Part shown: piece by piece, positions 13,021-26,265 of the stretch | Position numbering within the stretch: position 1 is the first letter of the stretch | How the letters are laid out: each line of letters opens with the position of its first letter | Source of the DNA: Octopus sinensis | Taxonomy: Eukaryota | DNA: 64,000 nt | Reading direction: 5' to 3' | Assembly: GCF_006345805.1 (NCBI RefSeq) | Contig: NC_042997.1 | Coordinates: 109,554,001-109,618,000 of the forward strand | Made by a program: the position numbers and the translations under genes | Notes under the pieces: generated by a model | Told to the model about the DNA's origin: nothing | The model's input: the letters and a program-made list of their open reading frames with translations, nothing else | The model's database searches: none

Positions 13021-13291
13021 TATTTATATCTATCATCCAGTTCTGGCTTAATTTTTCTAATACTGCATTTGTATAAACCAAGTTTTAAAATATTTCTGAT
13101 GACGTCAACAAACTGATAAAGAGTAAGTCATAAGACCCACCGATAGATATTCCTCACAAAACTAGAGAGTTATTCTTTGCAGGGAGACAATTATTTTTTC
13201 AACACAAAAACGACCCCCATAGATAAATGTGAATCATTCGAGATTTTACAAAGTTTATTTACTCCAAGAATCTTAAACTAAATACATCAAA

Positions 13292-13710
13292 GGCGTAGGA
13301 GTGGCTGTGTGGTAAGTAGCTTGCTTACTAACCACATGGTGCCGGGTTCAGTCCCACTGCGTGGCACCTTGGGCAAGTGTCTTCTACTATAGCCTCGGGC
13401 CGACCAAAGCCTTGTGAGTGGATTTGGTGGACGGAAACTGAAAGAAGCCTGTCGTATATATGTATATATATATGTGTGCGTGTGTGTGTTTGCGTGTCCG
13501 TGTTTGTCCCCCACCCTCACCTCCAACATCGCCTGACAACCGATGCTGCTGTGTTTACGTCCCTGTAACGTAGCGGTTCGGCAAAAAAGACCGATTGAAT
13601 AAGTACTAGGCTTACAAAGAATAAGTCCTGGGATCGATGTGCTCGACTAAAGGCGGTGCTCCAGCATAGCCACAATCACATGACTGAAACAAGTAAAGAG
13701 TAAAGAGAAT
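13292..13710 (+). mobile_element. Full-length tRNA-derived SINE family A (CORE-like)
   Basis: Head with A/B-box-like TGGCTGTGTGG and GGGTTCAGTCCC, CORE-like GGCACCTTGGGCAAGTG, internal (TA)/(TG) tract, and tail ending AAGTAAAGAGTAAAGAG. Confidence 0.9.
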
Positions 13711-13744
13711 GAAATTAAAAAATGATCAAACTATTTGCCAGTAT

Positions 13745-13786
<42 letters not shown>

Positions 13787-14127
13787 TGTGTGTGTGTGTA
13801 TGTGTGTGTGTGTTGGTCCATAGCGCTAGTTATTGTAGCTGATATCTCGTAAACTTATAATGAATTCGATCATCTATAAATGGCACCAGGAATCTCATTC
13901 TGTGGCGCTAATATGGTACTTGTTATATGGAACAAGTGCCACATCATGGGCACACGCATAGTCGAACGGTTAAAAGTTTTGTTCGGTGATTCTGTTCCAG
14001 CGTTTTCTACGATTGCTTCGAATTGACCAAAGTTTTGAAAGTGAAAATTGGTAAATGGAAACTATACAAAAGCCCTTGGGGGAGATTTTTCTTGTCTGTG
14101 GGCGATACATCTAATCTTTTTTTCCCT

Positions 14128-14299
14128 CCGTTTAGCACCACTGTCTGGACTTTGGGTGCCTTTAAAAGAATATGGTCCGCTGCAAACATTGGAATCGGGT
14201 CACAGACCTGAGAATGACTACCTTTTACTTCCACCACCCGTCAGAGATGCACTGAAAATGGTCACTGGCACAAGCTTTCCTTCTTTGACCATCCCATTG
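14128..14299 (-). repeat. 172-bp repeat, inverted partner of 12455-12626
   Basis: ORFs 12452..12679(-) and 14048..14353(+) share RDALKMVTGTSFPSLTIPL, reflecting the DNA-level inverted duplication. Confidence 0.85.
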
Positions 14300-14484
14300 A
14301 AAATATATCATCTCATAAAATTCCGTCCCTACCATATTATTCAGCGTCTTTAAACGAGAAACACTTCAGTAGATAAAACTGAAAAAAATTTGAAATGTTT
14401 CTTAAAAAGAAATTTTCTTTCGAAATTAGAAATATTGCATTTCTAAATGTCTCAGAGAGACTTTGACAGTAGCAGTACGATAAA

Positions 14485-14829
14485 GTGATGGTATGTTGCC
14501 AACTTAATATGGCAGTCCCAGGAAAGGGAAGAATGTTACTGATATTTCGAATTTATTTCACTTGAAATTCTATAAGTTTTCGAAGGCGAATAAGCATCGA
14601 CAGCTAGCAAGCCTAGCTACTCCAGATAGACGAAGAGCAATGACTCTGAAACTAGTCTCTGGCTGCTGGCTTTGCTGGGTGGAGGTGCTTGTCTCCCCTG
14701 TTTGAAAACGTAAGGACACAGACCGCTTGCGTCACAGAGCCAACTGGAAACGGTGTTCCTGGGGCTAAATAACAGTGGCATTCTTCCCTTTCCTGGGACA
14801 GCCACATTAAGTTGGCAACACACTATTAC
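14485..14829. repeat. Inverted repeat pair with about 50-57 bp arms
   Basis: TGTTGCCAACTTAAT(A/G)TGGC(A/T)GTCCCAGGAAAGGGAAGAATG..ACTG at 14494-14541, with its reverse complement at 14773-14820. Confidence 0.75.
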
Positions 14830-15660
14830 TTTAATTTTCTTTCGTGCAAACAGAAACTGTTCCTCCGTCAGCTTACGCCGACGAATGTCCCAGCTGAACC
14901 GATCAACCGAACAGTCTGCTCGTGAAATTCACGTGCAAGTGACTGACTATTCCTAAGAAAAGCCGATCTCACTTGACTTCTTTCCCTTTTACGCTAAAAC
15001 CTCTCTGTTTATGTACTTTTAATACGTGACACATTCCAAATAATTCTGAATATTCCATAACAATGCCACTTCCCAAAATACTCCATATTAACACCAATAG
15101 TATTCTCCCAGTTTCGTCTTGACTTATTAATAATGAACTTTATTGAAATGACTAAAGAATGGACTAATACCTGGGGTGGTTTAAGGGAAAGCGTTTCCTC
15201 AATTATTGCTCGTGGGACGGTGTTTACTGTATACAAAAAAATATATTGAACTGGTTTCTTTAGAATAGAAAATTACTGAAGATTTCAATGGAAAATTTCT
15301 TGAGAAATCCTGATATTTCGTCGATTAAATCGATGCTTGTAAATTTATTGCTTCTTCTGTTACCTGACTCCACTAATGGCACCCACGGGCCAAATGGCAA
15401 TGGCGGTGACGGTGGCGGTGGTGTCCAGGGTGATGGCGGGGGATGCAATGATGGTGGTGGTACTTGTGGCAGAGTTGGTCGTGGTAATTGTGGAGATGAT
15501 GATGATGGTAATGATGGTGATGATGTTAGCGGTAATGATGGCGAGGGTAGAGATGGTGGTGGTGGTTGTTACGGTGGTAAATTTGACGACGATTTATATC
15601 TCTTATCCAATAATAAACATCCACTCCAATACTGGATTCCACACTCTTTCCGTCTACCAA

Positions 15661-15911
15661 ATATCCTCCAGTCTTCATCAGGTGTCTTGGGGAAATTTCG
15701 AACCTGGGTTCTCATTCCTAAGGTGGTGGTGGTGGTGGTGGTTTTGGTGCCGTTGTTGTTGTTGGTGTTGGTGTTGGTGGTGTTGGCGTTGGTGTTGTTG
15801 TTGTTGTTGTTTGTGTTGGTGTTGTTGGTGTTCAGGTCACTGTCTGGAATCAAATTCAGAGTCTTGGAGATAGTAGCCCGCGCTCTTAACCACTACGCCA
15901 TATGCTCGTGG
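15661..15911 (-). mobile_element. tRNA-head / microsatellite / hammerhead chimeric SINE, 3'-truncated copy
   Basis: Minus strand: CACGAGCATATGGCGTAGTGGTTAAGAGCGCGGGCTACT.. head, an (AAC)/(ACC) tract, then CCTTAGGAATGAGAACCCAGGTTCGAAATTTCCCCAAGACACCTGATGAAGACTGGAGG, then a break. Confidence 0.8.
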
Positions 15912-16065
15912 GCAATTATGGAGTGAATTTTAGGGCTTATAAATCTAATATTTTCCTATCCTTCCTTAATACCGGTTCCCATATGCTACTCATATCTGCA
16001 CTTGGTCTGCTTAGGAGGTTGTTGTGTCCTAACATATGTGCTGCTTCTTTTTATTTTCGTATTTT

Positions 16066-16465
<400 letters not shown>

Positions 16466-16862
16466 AATTGTTTTGTCCCCCAAAGATTGGATTCCTTGGA
16501 TTCGAGTGAGACACATTCTTTGAGATGTGTGGCACTTAATATTGATTCTCCATCAAACATAACATGAACTGTTGTTAAGTCTCGCAATTCTAAATCAAAA
16601 TTTGAGGGTTGAAAAAAAAAATCATTGTGAGAGGTTTCCATCGTTTCAAACGATAAATAAAGAGGAAACCATTAAAAGTAATGGCGACAGGAATGAAAGG
16701 GAAAAGAATAATGGCATCTGGGGAAGTTATGGCCTACATTGGTAGATAAAACGAAAGGTTAGCTTGTGTCTGGAAAAGTCGAGATGGTCTCAGCTGGAAC
16801 GTCTTTGAGCATAAATCTAATCAATCAACACTGAACAAGAGCAACGAGAGCAATAACTAAAA

Positions 16863-16895
<33 letters not shown>

Positions 16896-16909
16896 TTCTT
16901 ACTACTACT

Positions 16910-16965
<56 letters not shown>

Positions 16966-17729
16966 TTATTATTACTGCTTCATAATACACCCTAAATTCA
17001 GTAACCTTAGCCACCGTTTCGCATCTCTTTCCTAACCTAACTTCCTTTTTATTTCAATCCCACACGGTAGAAACCGGAAACTTCCAGTTCATTGTATTTT
17101 ACCTTCGGCACCAGATTCACACTTACAACCCACCCAAATCTTTCCCCTGCTCCCACCCATGCTGTCCCCATTCCTCGCTGGACCCAACAATCACTTCTGC
17201 CACATCAAAGACTCTTTCGGCTACATTCTTCAAATATATATAATTCATTCAGTCACAAGTACTTTTTGGATGTTCGTACATTCACAAACACCTGAAGAAT
17301 TGACGACCAATTTCGAAAACACCTTCAAGAGATCAAACGACCGATTCTTCTAATTATTCTTATATGGCCTTACGGTATAGAAGATAAGCTTAGAATATTA
17401 TGTCATTATTTTATTGCATACGGCAATCTGTGTTATGCAGATCACACGCCATAGCAACGCAGCAATTTCAATTTTCTCGTGTACGTGAATCCCTTGCTTT
17501 TCATTTCCAAAAGAAACAAAATTTCATTTTAGCTCTTGGAACATTCACACTACTCGGCCTCAAATCTCCGACGCACTCCCTTTAATCTCTTTCCCTATTT
17601 CTTTCCCTAAACACATAATACTACCACCACAATTCTATAACATAAAGCAAACCCAACCACGTCCTTCACACCAAACATTCTCACCATGCACTCTTGCCAT
17701 AAAGGAAATAAGCACAGGCATATACAACG

Positions 17730-17773
<44 letters not shown>

Positions 17774-18219
17774 CGTGCTTAAGAATTGTTAGCATGCTGA
17801 GTCTTTCCTCACTTTAAAAAAATCTTGCACAAGCATTGCACAATAACAACATTGATTAATCTTCATGCAATGGCCATACTCGATAACGAGGGGACAGCCA
17901 CCATGTATATATATGTGAAGATTTGTATGTTTTGTTTTATTATATCTTTGCATATTTAGATATGTTCATATATATTTCAATGATAAACTTCTGGCAAGTT
18001 TTACAGGTCCAGTGATGGCTTGGATCCGTAGTCTTCGAATCAGCTTTCTCTGTTTTGGTTTTGAGAAACCTAATCTCTGGAGATTGATATTTAGGCAGTG
18101 CGTTCTATATAATTACAGGTATAAACCTGAACTTGTAATCAGGATAGAATATGTGTATAGTTCAGCGTAGATTTTTCTTTTTCACTGGTCGGTCGGTCTG
18201 TCTGTCTGTCTGTCTGTCC

Positions 18220-18253
<34 letters not shown>

Positions 18254-18659
18254 ATGTATGTATGTATGTATGTACGTACGTACATTAGTTGTGGGTTAAC
18301 AAGGCAAGTAATGGCTTCATATGATAAGATCTTCAATATTTCAAGCGCGCCACATTGATGTGTTGGTACGCGTCCCAATTTTGGATGAGTGCGGAGGATA
18401 TTAACGTGAATATATATACGTATGTACGTACGTGCGTGCGTGCGTCCATGCATGCATACGCACGCACGCACGCACATACATACATACATGCATGCATACA
18501 TACATACATACATACATACATACATACATACATACATACAACAAACAAACAAACAAACAAACAAACAAGTAAATGATTTTATTCTCAAACGTAGGATAAT
18601 GCTAATAATATAGCATGAACAGGATAAACTATCAATATTTTGCAGAAAAATCTGTCGGC

Positions 18660-18733
18660 GGCCAGCCATGAGACTCGAACTCACATCCCTGCCAATACAC
18701 GTCCAGGTGATTTACCATTAAGCTAAACTGCCC
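18660..18733 (-). pseudogene. tRNA-like pseudogene or solo SINE head
   Basis: Acceptor stem GGGCAGT/GCTGGCC pairs at 6 of 7 positions, A box TAGCTTAATGG, T arm GTGAG-TTCGAGT-CTCAT. The anticodon arm is irregular, so no isotype is assigned. Confidence 0.6.
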
Positions 18734-18778
18734 AACGACAAAAAATTCTCCTGCAATTTGAGAATAGATAAATAAGGC

Positions 18779-18826
<48 letters not shown>

Positions 18827-18923
18827 GTGTGTGTGTGTGTGTGTGTTGTGTGTGTGTGTGGTGTGTGTGTGTCTGTGTCTGTGTGTGTGTGTGTGTTTTG
18901 GTGTGTGTATACATATATTTATA

Positions 18924-18954
<31 letters not shown>

Positions 18955-21348
18955 GTATACTATATATGTATAATGCATACATATATATTCCTATATGCTC
19001 ACAACATATATTATACTATATACATATATATTATATATATATATAGATATATTATATATATATATTATATATATAATATGTATGTATGTATGTATGTAGT
19101 ATGTATGTATGTATGTATGTTGTATGTATGTATGTATGTATGTATGTTGTATGCATGTATGTACATATAAGCACACACACCCATACATGCATACAAATAT
19201 ATTCATGACCGCTCACAAACACGCACACACACATTGTCGCTGTGGTACGGTGAAACCTTAATGGAGATGTTACGATTAAACCATCTTCGGTGACGACAAA
19301 GGCAAGCGAGGATTTGCTTTACTTTTCCGAAATATTAGCTTCTTAAAATGCTGAATTTGACCTTTTATGAAACTTTATTAATTTCTCTAATTAAAACACA
19401 CAAAAGACCCAAACAGTAACACACACATACATACACATCTTTGATTTCCGTGTCACACACTCCCATACACACGCACATAGAGTCACACAACCACACACCC
19501 CGCCATTAGACACGGACTGGCGCATGCGTATATACACACATGCACACATCTCTTACTTTTTCTCCATCTCACAATCTCTCGTATGTGTAGATATATACAC
19601 CCACACTTACATACACACACATGTATATTTATTATACTTGTGTTTGAGGGAGAGAGAGAAGAGAGAAAAGAGTGTGTGTGTGTGTGTGTGTGTTTGTGTG
19701 TGTGAGTGTCTGTGTGTTCTACACTATCAGGCGAGTAAAAACGCCATCATAGCCACATATTTCTTCTATGTGTCTGTTACTCGCTGATAGACAACGTTTA
19801 CAATTCATTCTTTACAGAAGAAGCAAAAATGCAAGAAGCCAACTGTTACACAATAAAACTCTGCTTGATCAGATAAATTGAAATCAACACCAAATAATGT
19901 ATTTGTTTCCCCAGCTGCACTCTTTAATAAAAGAAACAGTATTTGCTATCGTTAACAACAGACGATACGATGAAATGGTGATGAACGTTGCTATCAATTG
20001 CTGTATTATGACACAGCATTCAAATTGTTTGCCTGTGGACAATTTGATTTTCATTTTCGATTGTCCCGTCATGACAATTTGCCGTCAAACACACTGAATT
20101 AGATTTTACTATTCATCGATTTCTGAAAATACCCACGGGGATGTCGATATGAAATTCAACTTAATAGATCTATTGTAATCACAGCTGGTTCAAATCAGGA
20201 TTAAATCTATAGATTGGAAATATAAAATAAATAAATATATATATATATGCAGAGTAATATAGTAGCATAATCAGAGATGCTGAGGAGAATACGAAATGAG
20301 AAACTTCGCGGAAACACATTTCGTTATAATGGCGCAAACTCGTGATCAGATTAAGGCCTCGGTGAACACAAACAAATATATATTATTGCAGGGGATGTTG
20401 AATGTAGCTAGCGAAGAAGAGAGAGAGGGCGAAGAAGGGAGAGAGGACGGCGACAATAATTATGATGATTAAAATAAACAAGAATAAAAACAACGATAAG
20501 AATAGTGCTATTAATGGATATATACAGACATACAAAGGCAATGCAGGAGAAAGAATATTTTAAATTAATCACAAATATAAGAGTGTCCTTCCACAGTTAT
20601 TAAAAGTTAATCATTCGTAAATTTACAAAAAAAAACTTGAGATCTTTCACTAAAAGCAGTTTGTTTTATTTAGTCTACTAAAATAGAAATAATCAACAAT
20701 ATGGGGTATGATGTCTACGTCTATCTGGTACGTCCATTGTATGTAATGAAAAAGAAAGCAAGTTCATATTTTATTCCAGCCAATGACTATAAATGGAGGT
20801 CGTCAAAGAAATTAAATTGACGGGAAATGATTTCCTTTCTGCTTCCGAGTCTCTACTCGTCGGTGACAGAGTTGTCTCCCATGTGAGCTCTAACCATTAC
20901 TCAAGCACTTATGAGCCATAAACAGGGTTGGAGGAGGAAGAGTGTTTCATGTCCTTCAGAGAGTTAATCGAAATAAATATTAAAATTTAAATTTAAATAA
21001 ATATTAGACGTTAGGCTCGTAATTACTCCCTGAAGAAAACAACAGAGATCTGCGTACATTGCGCGGGTTTACATGTAGCTGTTAGACTATGTATGTATGT
21101 ATGTATGTATGTATGTGGGTGGAAGGGTATGTGTGCATATATATATATATGTGTGTGTGTGTGTAAATAAATGTTTATTTATTAGAGATATATATTGGTA
21201 TGTATGTGTATACCATATGAGTGTATTTTGCACAGACATACACACACGCACGCACACGCACACACACACACATGTATATGTGTGTATAAAATATATATTA
21301 TATATATATATAAATACACGCACGCACACACACACACACGCATACACA

Positions 21349-21553
21349 CACGAGAAAGTGCTGAAAAGTTCCTGGCTTTGGGTAAAGGAAATACAGGAGG
21401 ATCAGTTAATCATGATTGTATTCAACACATTCCCCTCTCAGATTCACATACCCTTGCAGTTTTTCTAAGCCATGTAAATGAACTCGGAAGGTTGGACCAC
21501 CAACTAGGGCTTTTGCAGTTCCCTTAAAGCCAGGAACTTTTTAGCATACATAT
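21349..21553. mobile_element. Mariner-derived MITE
   Basis: TIR GTGCTGAAAAGTTCCTGGCTTT at the left and AAAGCCAGGAACTTTTTAGCATAC at the right. The outer TIR bases are eroded. Confidence 0.75.
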
Positions 21554-21717
21554 AATGGACTCTTCCGTCGAAGACGACGTATGAGCGTTCAGCTCTTTTG
21601 CCGAACGACCCTGCAACACAAAGGGCTTGTTTCTAGCGATCAGATGTATGTTCCGTACATTAGCTTACTCTCGCTCCATCAGGTCGACGTTGTCTGAAGA
21701 GGTGCCCAATGTACCAC

Positions 21718-21874
21718 CACTACCTTTCAATTAGTAACCCTTGTGTTCCACTACTTTTTAATTAATAACTCTTGTATCCCACTACCTCCCAATTAGTAAC
21801 CCTTTTATCTCCTAATTAATAACCCTTGCGTCCCATTACTCCTAATTGGTAACCCTTGTATCCTGCTACCTCCC
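21718..21874. repeat. Degenerate ~31-bp minisatellite, about 5 units
   Basis: Unit approximates CACTACCTCCCAATTAGTAACCCTTGTATCC. Confidence 0.8.
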
Positions 21875-23200
21875 AAAAAGAATACATTTTTCAGAATTAA
21901 AATCCAGGAGTTCAAATGTTTATTTTACCAAGCATAAATATATTATCGGATGACAATTTGCCTCTCCGCCAAATGAATAATTTAGATTGTAATTTGAGAA
22001 ACTTCATAATATTTTAAATAAATTTAATCAATAAACATACAGTTAATTAAAATCTAAAATGTGTATTTTATGGCGTAATTAATATAAATACATAAAAATC
22101 ACAGTTATTTTAATTACATTAATGATAAAATAAAAACGAAGTTATCGCTCACTCTGTGATGTTACTAAAATAATATTTATTCCCCAAAGAATCAGTTAAT
22201 TCATATCGGAAAATTTCATTCGATGAAAAACATTCTCAATCACCATTGTACTTAACAATTCTGAGGTATGCCGTAATGTATTTTGATTAAATTTATTAAT
22301 TAGTAATTAATGTCTAATTGTAAAAAAAGCGTTTCGCACTTACAATAATGCTATTGAGAATACATGCAACATCAAGATATCACTTGTGGTATTTAGTGTT
22401 AAAAAGGTGCTTAATAATAAAATGATTCTCTCAGACATAAAACTCATTATTATCTTGTTAATTACTCGAGTGATAATATTTTATTGTCTTACGGTAAAGG
22501 TGAGCTTTGAATATTATGTCATTATTTTATTCCACACTTCAGAGAAAAACGTAACATATTTTGTCTCGTAATCTAACATTTCTGTTATCTCATCCTCTCC
22601 ATCTTGGTTTGGGACCATCCTGCTGCCAGAAATAGCAGCCAAATCTATCTCAAATTTTAGGATAATTTTAAGGTAGGAACGATTCATTAGATAAGGTCGT
22701 GTAAGAAGATATGTTGGACATGGTTGGAATATTTTTGATGCAAATGTTTGCTGAATCAAGCTCCACCAGAGAATAAACAATTGTAGCCACATAACACACA
22801 TTAATTAGTGGAAAGGCAATAATTGACTCGATATTTTAATACTAGTTACTTTGATTCCTTAACTGATTGAATAGAATGAATAAATATTCGAATAGATCAA
22901 TGAATAAAAAATTAATAATTTAAATAACTAAAAGAAAATGTAAAGCTTTAAATTAAATCTGTTTGGAAAGAGAAATTTCTCTTGGTGTGTATGTAGGTTC
23001 ACATTGTTGAGCGTAAGATTTCCCTCCCTCCTGTTGAGTGACACACACACGGAAATGCTCAGAATATCGGTTTTATGCCTCAAATAGCGATCATTAACGC
23101 TGATGTGGTATATAGTCACATTCTAGCAAATAGGTGGGTGTCTGAGTGTGTGTATATATATATTGTGTGTGTGTGTATATATATATAAATGTATATATAC

Positions 23201-23252
<52 letters not shown>

Positions 23253-23305
23253 TATATACATATATATATATGTATGCATATATATATATATATATAATAT
23301 ATATA

Positions 23306-23353
<48 letters not shown>

Positions 23354-23725
23354 TTCTAATATAGAATAAATTTTTTTCAAACATTTCATTAAGTGGCCAG
23401 CATATTAAAATACCTTTAAAGGTGAAACTTATAATCAATTATAAATAAGGGTAAAAGAAAAAAAATGTCTATGCCAATATGCTGAGAAATATATTTTAAA
23501 TCGTCAATCTCCGTAACCTAGCGGTTCGGCCAAAGGGGCCGATAGAATGAGTACTAGACTTACAAAGAGTAAATACTGGGGGCGATTTCTTCTACTAAAG
23601 TTGTGGTTCCTGACCGATCAGAGATGTAACTGGGGTATTAGATATAATTGGGGTATTTACGTGTACTCATGATTCTTGTTTTTGCTTTTATCCATGGATG
23701 CTTGTAGGTATTTCATTTATTTCTT

Positions 23726-23782
23726 ATCGACTGATGAGGTGAAAATCCGTTGGATTAATCCCGAAATTGATTCAATATAGAT
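23726..23782 (+). ncRNA. Type I hammerhead ribozyme with intact catalytic core
   Basis: Stem I AUCGA/UAGAU (4 of 5 pairs), CUGAUGA at 23731-23737, stem II GG/CC plus AAUCC/GGAUU, GAAA at 23763-23766, stem III AUUG/CAAU, and an AUA site with predicted cleavage after 23777. Confidence 0.7.
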
Positions 23783-23997
23783 TTAACGCATTTTAAAAAA
23801 ATCTGTAAGCTTACTTCCCTCGATTTCAACACGACGTGTATTCATGGTGAATGTTTATATTTCATGTGGTGATTGATGATTTAAAGTCTATTCTCAGTAT
23901 ATTGGCATAGAAACCTGTTTTTTTCTTTTGCGCTTGTTTATAATTGTTTACATATATATTACATATATATATATAGTGTGTGTGTGCGCGTGCGCGC

Positions 23998-24032
<35 letters not shown>

Positions 24033-24261
24033 TGTGTGTTGTGTGTGTGTGTGTGTGTGTGTGTGTATAAAACATTCGCCATGTTGGACCGTTGAAATCT
24101 ACACGTTTCTTTTCATTCTTGCTGTTTATTTCCTGGTTTTCCTTTCTGTTGAAGAGTGTAGACTCGAAACGCAAAAGACTCCTTTTTTTTTATTTTTCCC
24201 GAGTATCAAATACACTTGCGACAGAACCGGTGTTTATACCGAAAGCTAATGTTTATCCTTT

Positions 24262-24499
24262 CTTAAAAGAAGATGTTCTGTTAGAACAGAGAATACTGTA
24301 TGATTTATGATGAGATCTCCTATATGGATGTGCAGTGCATTAAAGATCTTTTGCGTATTTCGCAGGCGGGAGATAGACGTCTGATGGCGATAGCAGACGA
24401 CCATCTTTCACCAATCCTTTTATGTGCCACAAATCCATATGAGAGGCTCTCTCGTGATAAATAACGCAGTATTTTCTGTTCTAACAGAACATCTTTAAG
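24262..24499. mobile_element. MITE-like element with 29-bp TIRs, TTAA at both outer ends
   Basis: AAGATGTTCTGTTAGAACAGAGAATACTG at 24270-24298 versus its reverse complement at 24467-24495 (one mismatch). An 18-bp tandem duplication follows at 24495-24530. Confidence 0.7.
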
Positions 24500-24529
24500 T
24501 GGGGATAGTGTTTTAAGTGGGGATAGTGT

Positions 24530-24670
24530 TTTATTCTTTTACTTGTTTCAGTAATTTGACTGCGGCCAAGCTCGAGCACCGTCTTTAGGAGAAGAAATTG
24601 ACTCCAGGACTTAGTCTTTGTAAATCAAGTACTTATTATATCGGTTTCTTTTGCCGAACCACTAGCTTAC
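24530..24670 (-). mobile_element. SINE family A 3' fragment
   Basis: TTTTACTTGTTTCAGT..TTGACTGCGGCCAAGCTCGAGCACCG..TTTTGCCGAACC matches the family A tail. Confidence 0.75.
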
Positions 24671-25016
24671 GTATTTCGTATTTCGAGTATTTAACAACAA
24701 TATACGCTTTTGATAAAACAGTTGCTCCTGCAAAGCAAATTAATTAAAATAATTTTGGAATTTTGCGGTGGGTCAAAATTGGTAACACAAACAGGACAGT
24801 GAAAACAGACAGGAAGGGCTGCTAAGCCTAAGCTAGATTGTGGGGCGACGCACAAATCAAGCTAGGACAGGAGACAAACAAGAACACGTCTTCCTTTTTC
24901 CAGCTACAACGGATATAAAGAAAGAAAGATGGCCGATGGTCACGTAGGAGCCCCGTGAGAAAAAGGAGGAGTGAAGGAGAAAAGTGACAGAGGAATAGGA
25001 TGTATAATATATATAT

Positions 25017-25051
<35 letters not shown>

Positions 25052-25964
25052 ATATATATATTATGTAGCAAAATAGACTTCATGAGAACGTTACATGGAA
25101 CACATATACTCCAATGTTATGATGTAAAGGTCTTATCTTTACGCCTGTTTCGGATTCAACATGACTTATGTCATAACCATGTCTATTACGTAATTCCTAT
25201 AACGTCGAAGCTGTGTTGTATAGAACGAGTGCGTACAAAATTGTGATAAAGTCATGTTGACTTCTTGCATATATAAATATATACATTCATACATACATAT
25301 ATACATATATACGCACGTACATGTATATACATAGACATATACACAAACAAGCAAACAAACACACACATATATATGTATATATACATATAGAAAGAGAGCG
25401 GAGAGATGGAAAGAGAGCATTAAGTATATAGATGTATATAATAACAGAATTAATGAATGTCAATGTATGTTAATGTTAGTGAGTGTGGTGGTGGTGGGGT
25501 GATGGTGGTGATGGTGGTGGTGGTGGTGGTGGTGGTGGTGGTGGTGGTGGTGGTGGTGGTGGTGGTGGTGGTGTGGTGGTGGTGGTGGTTGCATAGTCTG
25601 TAGTAGTGGTGCACCGTTCCTGAAGATGCTTACTTGAGGAACTGCCTTAATCCAATTGCAAAAAGATGTTCATACACGAGAAGATGGCGCCAGCATGTTT
25701 GGGAGAAATTCATTAGAATTAAATGTGGAACTCTGTGAGTGAACGTGTGTGTGTGTGTGTGAGTGAGTGTGAGTGAGTGTGTGTGTATGTATGTGTGTAT
25801 CGATATATGAGTATATCTATATATGTATGAATGTATATATATGTATGTAGTTATCTATATATATACATATACACACTGACATTACATCTACCTATCTACA
25901 GTCGATGTAATATGTCCGTATGTATATGTATGAAATATACACACATACACACATTCATATATAC

Positions 25965-26014
<50 letters not shown>

Positions 26015-26026
26015 TCTATTATATAT

Positions 26027-26057
<31 letters not shown>

Positions 26058-26215
26058 AATATATATATAGATATATATAATATAGATATATATATATATA
26101 TTATATATATATATTATAGATAATATATGTATATTATATATATGTATATATATGTATATATTATATATATTTATATATATATACATATATTATCTATATA
26201 TATAATATATATATA

Positions 26216-26265
<50 letters not shown>

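Noticed and set aside
15288-15926. 212-aa Gly/Asp-rich ORF
   Set aside because: It is built from a degenerate (GGT/GAT)n tract plus the antisense of the chimeric SINE.
17292-17320. CUGAAGA..GAAAA hammerhead-like string
   Set aside because: Extra bases lie between stem II and GAAA, and there is no stem III/UH or stem I pairing.
20280-20330. CUGAGGA..GAAAC hammerhead-like string
   Set aside because: Stem II does not abut GAAA and stem I cannot form.
21718-21874. CRISPR-like spacing of ~31-bp repeats
   Set aside because: The units are contiguous with no unique spacers, the context is eukaryotic, and there are no cas genes.
25620-25660. CCUGAAGAUGC PLE-like motif
   Set aside because: There is no downstream GAAA or stem III.
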